Virus record (IMG/VR): IMGVR_UViG_3300005077_000019
DNA from: an uncultured virus (IMG/VR IMGVR_UViG_3300005077_000019)
Lineage: Duplodnaviria; Heunggongvirae; Uroviricota; Caudoviricetes
Strand: one strand, 5' to 3'
DNA length: 20,000 bases
Every line of letters starts with the position of its first letter. Position 1 is the stretch's first letter. The notes under the pieces were generated by a model, which worked only from the letters and a program-made list of their open reading frames with translations, was not told the origin of the DNA and searched no databases. This document shows, in pieces, positions 1 to 7,008 of the stretch. The translations under genes were made by a program, and so were the position numbers.

Positions 1-2
1 AA

Positions 3-692
3 AAGCTGGCAAAGCGGCGCGAGCCAAAGGGTAGCCAGAAGCCGGAGACCGATCTCGAGCGCAAGCGGGCCACCGTCGCCCAGGTGGCGCGGGTCTACTC
101 CACGCTCGAGGGGAGGCTCTCGGCCTTCGAGAAGAAGACCACCGCGGCTGTCCAGCAGCTCTACGCCAACGAGGAGGAGCTGAAGGGCGGGATCACCTCG
201 GCGGAGTTCAATCTCCGGACGCACCAGAAGGTGCTCAACGCCATCTGCTTGGAGCTGGAGCGCTTCCGCCTGCTCTTCCAGGCCATCCTGCCTCCGGAGC
301 AGAGGGACACGCTGGATCAGCCCGTGGTCCAGATGGCCGAGGTCACGCTCCCGCCGGCGCAGGAGGGTGGCGATCCCGTGGTTGTGCGCCGCCCCAACTG
401 GCCGTACTATCATGAGCAGGTCGAGAAGGATCTGAGGATCCTGGCCGAGCTGGAGGCGCAGAAGATCGCGGAGGCGAAGGCAGCCGCGGAGGCAGAGGCG
501 AGGGAGAAGGAGGCCGTCAAGGCGGCGGAAGAGAAGGCAGCCCTCGAGGCGGAGGCGGTGATGGACGATGGGGAGGAGGGTGAGCTTCCGGAGGAGATCG
601 CCGAGCTCGGGGAGGGGGCAAAAGAAGAGGCTCAGGGTGAGCCTCTTCCGAACAACGAGTTCCCAGAGGACGCATCGATCTTCGGAGGATGA
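3..692 (+). CDS. Hypothetical coiled-coil protein with acidic C-terminal tail (5'-truncated)
   Basis: The frame of ORF 84..692 stays open back to position 3 (KLAKRREPKGSQKPETDLERKRATVAQV...), so the true start lies upstream of the window. It has Ala/Glu/Lys helical stretches (EAKAAAEAEAREKEAVKAAEEKA) and a very acidic end. Its stop overlaps the next ATG (ATGA, 689-692). Confidence 0.8.
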   Translation, partial: KLAKRREPKGSQKPETDLERKRATVAQVARVYSTLEGRLSAFEKKTTAAVQQLYANEEELKGGITSAEFNLRTHQKVLNAICLELERFRLLFQAILPPEQRDTLDQPVVQMAEVTLPPAQEGGDPVVVRRPNWPYYHEQVEKDLRILAELEAQKIAEAKAAAEAEAREKEAVKAAEEKAALEAEAVMDDGEEGELPEEIAELGEGAKEEAQGEPLPNNEFPEDASIFGG

Positions 693-889
693 GCATGGCC
701 GTCATCAGAGGCACGAGGCAGAACAAGAAGCGCGAAGCCATCGCGGTGGTCCGCACCGGGCATCCAGCAGCCTTCCGGAAGATGCGCTGCCCGAAGTGCT
801 CCCTGGGCTACGCAGTGGCCGACAACGAAGACCCCTCGATCTACGAGTGCAAGCGCTGCAAGCACCGCTTCAAGTCCACCCGCCTATAG
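689..889 (+). CDS. Small zinc-ribbon protein (CPKC...CKRC)
   Basis: 66 aa with two CxxC pairs (RCPKCS, ECKRCK). ATGA-coupled to the upstream gene, with GGAGG at 684-688. Confidence 0.8.
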   Translation: MSMAVIRGTRQNKKREAIAVVRTGHPAAFRKMRCPKCSLGYAVADNEDPSIYECKRCKHRFKSTRL

Positions 890-2236
890 CGCCGGGTTGA
901 AGCACTCCTCGACCTTCTTGTCCGTCCTCAGCCGCATGAACCGGGGGAACTGCAGGGCGTTGCTCTTCCTGCCCTTCGAGACGTAGGACCGGTTCGTGTA
1001 CTCCACCTGCGCCACCGCCGGGTAGTCGGCCGCCTTCTCCAGGTACTCCCGATCGTCGTCGGTGAAGCCGCTGCACTCGCAGATGTAGATCAGCTCCCCC
1101 GCCATGTTGTACTGGTAGAGGGAGATCGACCCCACCGAGCTGGAGTTCTTGCCGCTGCCGTAGCTCCCCCGTGGCATCTCCTTGGTGCCCTTCTCCGGCT
1201 CCCAGAAGGCCACGAAGTCGTCCTCGTAGACAGGCTTGATCTTGAAGCAGCACTTGGGCCGGTCGGGCTTGCCGTGGAAGGAGTAGCTGTACTCCCCCAT
1301 GACCTCGGCCCGCTCGTAGGCTACGAAGCCTTCCCAGCCGTGCTTCTCCACGAGGGTCATGGCTTCTGGCAAGGGCACCTCCACGTTCTCCAGGGGAAAC
1401 AGGAAGGGCTCGGAGTCCACGAAGTACTCCAGGAAGCGATCGGTGAACGTGTTCTCGATGAGGTGGCACTGCTGCTCGCAGGTGTTGATCTTCTCCAGCG
1501 CCGTCCCCTTCCACAGAGGGATCCGCAGGAGGTAGAACTTGACCAGGCCGCCCTCCTCTTGCAGTTGCAGTGCTCGAGCGGGCTTGGAGCGCATGACGGA
1601 CTGGACCGCCTCGAACTCGTCCGCGGTGTTGCCCTCCCCCATGAACGCTTCCCAGAGCAGGATGCTCTCCGGCGGGAAGCGCATCCCCGATGGCCCCAGG
1701 GCGAGGGTCATGTGGGGGAAGAGCTCGGTGACGTCATCCAGGCGCCGGCTGTAGAGGTGTGCCTCCCCTTCGTGGTCAATGTGGGAGATCACCATCATGC
1801 CGTTGACCTTCCGGGTCAGCAGCAGTTGTCCGGCCCGCTCGAGCTTCTCGGCGTAGCCGGCGGACACGCTGTTGCGGGGCTTGGAGAAGCAGAGGTTCTT
1901 GGGCAGGGGCTGGTCGTGTCGGATCTCATCCGCGGTGCCTCCCAGCAGGGGTCGGCCATCGAGACCCACCTCGGCGTAGCCCTCCTCCATCTTCTTGCGG
2001 ATGAGGCGGTCGGCATTGAAGCAAGCGTTCGCCTCTGCCGTCACGTACGCCTTGGTGCCCGGCTTCCCCTTCGGCCCGGGTCGGTCCTTGGTGTCGCCGT
2101 GCTTCTTCCTCTTGCCCTTGATGATGGCACCCCATTCAGTTGTGATCGTCTCGACCGGCGCTCCTGGAGCGGCCTCGAAGCCGATCATCCAGTAGCGTTC
2201 GCCCGATCGACCGTGTTGTTGTCGAAACTCACGCAT
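884..2236 (-). CDS. lig: ATP-dependent DNA ligase with N-terminal WGR-like domain
   Basis: Nucleotidyltransferase motifs appear in order: I RKVNG, Ia LYSRR, III LWEAF, IIIa KFYLLRI, IV WEGFV, V FKIKP. The OB-fold carries GSGKNSSSVGSI, CSGFTDDDR, VEY and motif VI LQFPRFMRLRTDK. The N-terminus (RYWMI...TEWG...RLIRKKMEEGY) resembles a WGR domain. AGGAGG SD upstream. Confidence 0.9.
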   Translation of the reverse strand: MREFRQQHGRSGERYWMIGFEAAPGAPVETITTEWGAIIKGKRKKHGDTKDRPGPKGKPGTKAYVTAEANACFNADRLIRKKMEEGYAEVGLDGRPLLGGTADEIRHDQPLPKNLCFSKPRNSVSAGYAEKLERAGQLLLTRKVNGMMVISHIDHEGEAHLYSRRLDDVTELFPHMTLALGPSGMRFPPESILLWEAFMGEGNTADEFEAVQSVMRSKPARALQLQEEGGLVKFYLLRIPLWKGTALEKINTCEQQCHLIENTFTDRFLEYFVDSEPFLFPLENVEVPLPEAMTLVEKHGWEGFVAYERAEVMGEYSYSFHGKPDRPKCCFKIKPVYEDDFVAFWEPEKGTKEMPRGSYGSGKNSSSVGSISLYQYNMAGELIYICECSGFTDDDREYLEKAADYPAVAQVEYTNRSYVSKGRKSNALQFPRFMRLRTDKKVEECFNPAL

Positions 2237-2274
2237 TGTTCCTCCTGTGCGGTAGATGGGGGATAACTGCCCTT

Positions 2275-2282
2275 CTTATAAC
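2275..2282 (-). promoter_or_regulatory. Putative -10-like promoter element GTTATAAG upstream of the ligase
   Basis: Plus strand cttataac at 2275-2282, about 40 nt upstream of the ligase ATG, in the only AT-rich patch nearby. The same TATAAG recurs at 2909-2914. No canonical -35. Confidence 0.5.
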
Positions 2283-2288
2283 AAGATC

Positions 2289-2316
2289 TTGACCAAAGGG
2301 AACAAGATGATACCAT
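2289..2316 (+). promoter_or_regulatory. Sigma70-type promoter TTGACC-N16-(TGn)TACCAT, probably producing a leaderless mRNA
   Basis: TTGACC at 2289-2294, TG at 2308-2309, TACCAT at 2311-2316. The ATG at 2323 follows 6 nt later with no SD. Confidence 0.5.
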
Positions 2317-2322
2317 GCCCCT

Positions 2323-2571
2323 ATGATTGCACGCACCGTTGAGATCTCATTCGGGCTTCCGGGTGGCAAGGCACTTCAGGACTACAGCAAGGAGGAGCTA
2401 GCTGAGGGCATGGACCTCGAGCTCCGCGGCTTCGAAGCGTGGTTCAAGAAGCAGGGGAACCACGGGTTGATCGGTCCAGAGCGGGCGATCCTCAAGACCT
2501 ACCTTGCCTGGAAGACGCTCTATGCAGAGGACATCGTGGATCCCCAGGCTGGAGGACGGGATCATGGGTAA
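2323..2571 (+). CDS. Hypothetical protein (82 aa)
   Basis: ORF with GC-rich third positions and a plausible helical sequence (FEAWFKKQG...ERAILKTYLAWK). It overlaps the next start. Confidence 0.75.
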   Translation: MIARTVEISFGLPGGKALQDYSKEELAEGMDLELRGFEAWFKKQGNHGLIGPERAILKTYLAWKTLYAEDIVDPQAGGRDHG

Positions 2572-2809
2572 ATCGATCGTCATTCAGATCACGTGCGACC
2601 GATGTACCCGTGTTGAGCATCGGCCGATGTCGGACGCCCAGGCTCCAGACGACAAGAAGAAGCCGGACTTCGTGGGGCTCTACCTGGGGCAGCGGATCGA
2701 GTTCCAGGACCTCTGCACTCCATGTCAAGAGATCGTGGCTGGGCACTGGAAGCAGATCGCCAAGAACCTCACCAAGTCTTCTCCGCAGCGTCCGAAGAAG
2801 GACGGCTAA
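2564..2809 (+). CDS. Small Zn-finger protein (CDRC...DLCTPC)
   Basis: Start moved to ATG 2564, which has GGAGG at 2551-2555. 81 aa: MGKSIVIQITCDRC...IEFQDLCTPCQEIV. Confidence 0.8.
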   Translation: MGKSIVIQITCDRCTRVEHRPMSDAQAPDDKKKPDFVGLYLGQRIEFQDLCTPCQEIVAGHWKQIAKNLTKSSPQRPKKDG

Positions 2810-2810
2810 A

Positions 2811-2904
2811 GATCGGATCTGCGGGGCCTTCCCCAGTCCTCACTCATCCCGGAGGATGGCACACCGGGGAGCAGATCCTTCACGGGCTGCGCATTCCCGC
2901 GCAT
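2811..2904 (-). ncRNA. Candidate structured small RNA (overlaps a 32-codon micro-ORF, 2904-2806)
   Basis: On the minus strand there are nested stems GGAUCUGC/GCAGAUCC, UCCCCGGU/ACUGGGGA and CAUCC-UCCG-GGAUG (cUNCGg tetraloop), plus a 5' hairpin UGCGC-GGGAAU-GCGCA. It starts right after GGGTATAAG. Confidence 0.45.
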
Positions 2905-2908
2905 AGGC

Positions 2909-2917
2909 CTTATACCC
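2909..2917 (-). promoter_or_regulatory. Putative -10-like element GGGTATAAG
   Basis: Plus strand cttataccc at 2909-2917. Same TATAAG hexamer as upstream of the ligase. Confidence 0.5.
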
Positions 2918-2927
2918 ACGACTGCGA

Positions 2928-2956
2928 TTGAGATTTCAGGGGGTGGGTGCTAGCCT
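2928..2956 (+). promoter_or_regulatory. Sigma70-type promoter TTGAGA-N17-(TGn)TAGCCT for the tail operon
   Basis: TTGAGA at 2928-2933, 17-nt spacer, TGc then TAGCCT at 2951-2956, 28 nt before ATG 2985. Confidence 0.45.
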
Positions 2957-2984
2957 AGTTCTTGCACCAGCGGGGTACGTGTAG

Positions 2985-5900
2985 ATGCCCATCACGTCAC
3001 AACAAGTTGGAGGGATGATCGGCGGACAGCAGGCGATGTTCGGCAACTTCGCCAGCTACGCCCAGCAGATCAGCCCCGGCTATGGTGGACCCCCTCCCAC
3101 GTATCAGAACCCGATGATGGGGCAGGGCGAGGCGTTCCAAGCCCCGCCGCCTCCCACCTGGAGCTCGCTGGACGCCCAAGCAGCTCAGGACATGGGCCCC
3201 CGGGCCATCAGCGCCATGGGCAACGTCGGCCTTCCGATGATGGGTGGGGCGATGATGCTGGGCGGCTCGATGCTGCCTGGGGCTGCTGGTCGCTTCATGG
3301 GCGGGCTCGATCCCTACACGTCGGCCTTCCGAGGCTTCCGCGGGGCGGTGGGTGGTTTCGGTGGGGCCAACCTGGGGAGGATCGCTTCTGGGGGGATCGG
3401 TAGCATCGCTCGAGCGGGTATGGCCGGCATCGGTGGAGCCGCGGCCAACTTCCTGCCGCTGTACGCGATCGGGAAAGGGATCCAGTACAGCGTGGGGCAG
3501 ATGGTGGAGGGCGCGCAGTTCCAGAACCAGGTGCAGGGCGTTCTGAACCAGCAGTTCCGGCACGTCAACCCGGCGTCGGCCACGGGCTTCGGGTTCAGCC
3601 GCGAGGAGGGAGCAGGGATCTCCGGGATGATCCGGGAGATGGGTCACCGGGACATGATGACCACTCCCCAGGAGCTGCTGCGCGTGATGCAGCAGGGTTC
3701 TCAGATGGGGGTGTTCAAGGCCGTCCAGGACGCTCGAGAGTTCCGGAAGAAGTTCACCGACATGGTGGGCGCGCTGAAGGAGGTCTCGAAGGTCATGAAC
3801 ACGACGCTGGAGGGGGCAATGCCCTTCTTCCAGTCGGCGCGTCAGATGGGTTTCTGGACACCGCAGGACATCCAGCGATCGGCAGCCCAGGTCCACGGAG
3901 TAGCGGCCACCACTGGCATGAGCGTGGCCCAGGTCCACTCGATGATGGGCCAAGGCGCTCAGATGGCTCGGAGCATCGGGGCGCAGGGGATCACCGGGGC
4001 GCAGGGGATGATGCAGTCCTTGGGCTTCGTGGGTGGGGGACTTCGTGGTGGGGCGATCACTTCCCAAGAGCTGTCTGAGGCGACGGGTGGGCTGACTGGT
4101 CAGGAGGCGATCCAGTCGATGGCTGGCACGCTTCAGGCATCCACGACCAGATTCGCTGCCGGAAGGCAGGCCCGGTGGATGCTGGCTGCTCTTGGCGGCA
4201 AGGGATTCCGGGGTTTCGATGCCGGGCGCATGCAGATGATGCAGTCCGGTCTGATGGGGTTGGGGGAGATCGGTTCTCAGGCTCGGAAGAACATCGGTCG
4301 AGAGGGCGCCTTCAACTTCGTGATGAATGAGCAGGACCTCCGGGGAGAGCTGGTCAAGCAGGGCCCGGAGGCGCAGCTCGGTTTCGTCCAGGCCATCGCG
4401 GGCAAGCACCTCTACGGGGAGGGAGCGCGGAGTCAGTACATCACCCGGCGCTTGATGCAGCGCTACTTCGGGGTGAGCGGTCGGCAGGCGGACATGCTGG
4501 CGCGTCTTGCTCGAGAAGCGCCCAGGATCTTCGAGCAGAACCGGGCCCGATCTGCAGAGCTCATGGATGCGCAGGAGCGTCAGCGCGACGACGTCATGAA
4601 CGACTCCTGGGAGGGCTTGAAGAGGAAGGCCTCGGAGTGGTGGGACAACAACATCAAGGAGCCTCTCCAGCGCTTCGGCGCCGACATGTCGCGGCAGATC
4701 GGAAACTTCTGGGAGCGCACCACCGACAAGTTCTGGGGCCGTGCCCCTCGGTCCATGCGTTTCAGAGGCATGGACCGACACGCCATGCAGTCCATGCAGC
4801 AGGCGATGTTGGGCAATACCCGGTCTATGGAGGAGGCGTTCGGCAAGCCTGGTGAGGCGGAGGCTGTTCTGGGCCGGCGAGCTGGTGGAACTCTAGGCCT
4901 GGTAGGTCCGGAGAGCGGTCAGCTTGGGTGGGAGACGCGCGGCCTACGCGGCTGGGACATGATGGCCAACATCGGCCTGGCCGGGCTGGGGATGGGGGAG
5001 CAGACCAACGCCCCGATCGAGGCCATGAGGCGCCTTGGCTACGGAGAGTACGCCTACAAGTCGGAGCGCGAGAGATCGGCCGCTGTGCAACGCGGAGAGG
5101 TCGTGGCTGGCGCCACCCGTGGGGGACCTGGAGCTGGGGCCTACCGAGCCTTCGCTGCCCAAGATCTCCGTCAGGCCAGTGCAGGCCTCGCCGCAGCTAT
5201 CGGTGGGACTGGGGCGTTGACGCAGGAGCAGGCCACGGTCGGGTTGGGCTTCGGGGGCAAAGACGAGGCTCAGAAGGCACTGCGCGCGGCTCAGGAGGAG
5301 ATGGGCTCCACAGCCTTCATGAATGCGTCCATGCAGCTCCGAGAGTCCATGGGTGAGCAAGGAACTGGTGCGGGTAGAGCGCAACGGCTCGTTCGGATGA
5401 TCCGAGAAAAGAAGGTGGGTGGCGACTATCTCAGGCGGCTGGTGGGCACGGAGAAGGATACACCCATGCAGGTCGCCATGATGCGCTTGGCGACCGCTGA
5501 TCCCAATCGTGGCGGTCGTGCGGCTGTTGACCTTTCTGAGGAGGCCAAAGATCTGAAGGGCGTGGACATGGGGGACATCCGCTCCATCGAGAAGCGTCTC
5601 GCTGATCTGATGGAGGAGAACGCCGGGAACGTGGGTGCTGTCCTCGGTGCTGGGGCGCATGGAGTGGCAGATCCGATCAAGGCCAAGGACAACCAGCGTA
5701 CGATCATGGACATGTTCGCCAAGGACAAGAGTGGCGACTACAAACGCGCGATGCGTTTGATGGCTTCCGGCGACACGCCGGAGGAGAAGAGGGCGAACCA
5801 AGTTAAGGCCCGTGCGCTGTTCATGCGAATGGCCAACGACAAGTCCTTCTCGGATGAGGAGAGCAAGCTGCTGCGTCGCATGGGTGACCCCGACGATCCC

Positions 5901-6782
5901 ATGCGCGGCGCTCTGGATCGCACCATTGGCAGCATGGGCAAGATCTCCAAGGCCCAGGCTGCCTTCGGCACAGCAGAGCTGGTGAAGAGGAGGATGACGC
6001 GTCTCCAGACAGCCATGGGCGAGGACCAAGAGCGGATCTTGGACACGTTGGACAAGATCCGCATGGATAAGGGTGGTGGAGCGAAGGGTGGGCTGGGAGA
6101 GCACGTCCGCGGCATGATGCGACGTGGCTTGGCTGAGTCCACTCCCCAACAACTGATGAAGGACGTCCAGGACATCACGCGATCGGCCATGGAGGGGGAC
6201 GTGGAGGATGTCTCTCGCGCCATGGCCGAGATGAAGGACTTGCCTGGTGGTGAGTTCATCTACACGTCCCTCCAGGCTGGTATGCAGGCGCGTCAGGCGG
6301 CCAAGGGGCTCACCGGGAAGGGACGCTTCGGTGGTGGGCGCTCTGTCACGGCAGCCAACCTCCTCATGCAGGGGTTGGGCACCGACATCTCCAAGGAGGA
6401 GCTCGCTGCACTCGGGACTGCGAAGGCAGACGAGGCCCAGGGCAAGATCTTGGGCCGGATCAAGTCCGACGAGCAACGTGGTCAGGCAAGGACCCTGCTC
6501 GAGGGCATCCGCGAGGGCAAGCTCGACAAGATCATGTCGGCAGGCCTCGCCAGCGCCAGGGTACGTGCAATGGGCGCCATGGGAGCCTCTGAGAAGGGAC
6601 TCGACCGGCAGTTGAAGGTCGCCGTCAAGCCTGGTGAGTGGGGTGGAGCCCAGGGAAGCCCGAAGGCTATGCACACCACGTTGGTGGCGATCAAGGACAC
6701 GTTGGTCAAGATCTCCGAGTCGAAGGGCATCAAGGGTGAGGGCGGGACGACCGACAATCCGAAAGAGAAGCCGAAGGACTAG
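2985..6782 (+). CDS. Tape-measure-like / large helical virion protein
   Basis: 1265 aa, rich in Gly/Ala/Met/Gln and predicted helical, with glycine-zipper-like hydrophobic stretches (GGIGSIARAGMAGIGGAAANFLPLYAIG). It lies directly upstream of the tube-initiator-like and hub genes, the usual TMP position. Confidence 0.65.
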   Translation: MPITSQQVGGMIGGQQAMFGNFASYAQQISPGYGGPPPTYQNPMMGQGEAFQAPPPPTWSSLDAQAAQDMGPRAISAMGNVGLPMMGGAMMLGGSMLPGAAGRFMGGLDPYTSAFRGFRGAVGGFGGANLGRIASGGIGSIARAGMAGIGGAAANFLPLYAIGKGIQYSVGQMVEGAQFQNQVQGVLNQQFRHVNPASATGFGFSREEGAGISGMIREMGHRDMMTTPQELLRVMQQGSQMGVFKAVQDAREFRKKFTDMVGALKEVSKVMNTTLEGAMPFFQSARQMGFWTPQDIQRSAAQVHGVAATTGMSVAQVHSMMGQGAQMARSIGAQGITGAQGMMQSLGFVGGGLRGGAITSQELSEATGGLTGQEAIQSMAGTLQASTTRFAAGRQARWMLAALGGKGFRGFDAGRMQMMQSGLMGLGEIGSQARKNIGREGAFNFVMNEQDLRGELVKQGPEAQLGFVQAIAGKHLYGEGARSQYITRRLMQRYFGVSGRQADMLARLAREAPRIFEQNRARSAELMDAQERQRDDVMNDSWEGLKRKASEWWDNNIKEPLQRFGADMSRQIGNFWERTTDKFWGRAPRSMRFRGMDRHAMQSMQQAMLGNTRSMEEAFGKPGEAEAVLGRRAGGTLGLVGPESGQLGWETRGLRGWDMMANIGLAGLGMGEQTNAPIEAMRRLGYGEYAYKSERERSAAVQRGEVVAGATRGGPGAGAYRAFAAQDLRQASAGLAAAIGGTGALTQEQATVGLGFGGKDEAQKALRAAQEEMGSTAFMNASMQLRESMGEQGTGAGRAQRLVRMIREKKVGGDYLRRLVGTEKDTPMQVAMMRLATADPNRGGRAAVDLSEEAKDLKGVDMGDIRSIEKRLADLMEENAGNVGAVLGAGAHGVADPIKAKDNQRTIMDMFAKDKSGDYKRAMRLMASGDTPEEKRANQVKARALFMRMANDKSFSDEESKLLRRMGDPDDPMRGALDRTIGSMGKISKAQAAFGTAELVKRRMTRLQTAMGEDQERILDTLDKIRMDKGGGAKGGLGEHVRGMMRRGLAESTPQQLMKDVQDITRSAMEGDVEDVSRAMAEMKDLPGGEFIYTSLQAGMQARQAAKGLTGKGRFGGGRSVTAANLLMQGLGTDISKEELAALGTAKADEAQGKILGRIKSDEQRGQARTLLEGIREGKLDKIMSAGLASARVRAMGAMGASEKGLDRQLKVAVKPGEWGGAQGSPKAMHTTLVAIKDTLVKISESKGIKGEGGTTDNPKEKPKD

Positions 6783-6784
6783 CG

Positions 6785-7000
6785 ATGGCTGATTGTCGCA
6801 TCGAAGCAGAGCGGCGCTACACCCTAGCCAACGGCCGGGTGGTGACGGTGATCTTGCGCGACTCCATCGTGCCGGAAGATCCGTACCTCAACCTGGCGCG
6901 GGCCAAGATGTTGTCGATCAGGACGGGTGAGGCGTTCGACGCCAACCGGATCTCCAGGCAGATCAAGGACTACTTGATCAAGACCAACGTGTCGATCTAG
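6785..7000 (+). CDS. Hypothetical protein (71 aa)
   Basis: Tightly packed ORF between two structural genes, 2 nt after the upstream stop. Confidence 0.7.
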   Translation: MADCRIEAERRYTLANGRVVTVILRDSIVPEDPYLNLARAKMLSIRTGEAFDANRISRQIKDYLIKTNVSI

Positions 7001-7008
7001 GAGCAGAC

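Noticed and set aside
2811..2904. Assignment of the hairpin element to SRP RNA, tRNA, or a hammerhead or HDV-like ribozyme
   Set aside because: It lacks the SRP helix-8 CAGG...GNRA...AGCAG core, the cloverleaf/T-loop, CUGAnGA/GAAA, and a pairable HDV P3. It is kept only as an unclassified candidate.
2967..2978. CCAGCGGGGTA shared with 11586-11597 as a regulatory motif
   Set aside because: There are only two copies, the G-run length differs, and the second copy is explained by the hairpin arm. Chance cannot be excluded.
2323..2984. Tail assembly chaperone pair with a programmed frameshift upstream of the TMP-like gene
   Set aside because: The ORFs are short, the second is a Zn finger with its own SD, and I saw no slippery site.
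2997..6674. Long antisense ORFs (594 aa and 576 aa) opposite the TMP-like gene
   Set aside because: These are shadow ORFs caused by high-GC codon bias. They have His/Leu/Arg-rich composition with no SD or motifs.
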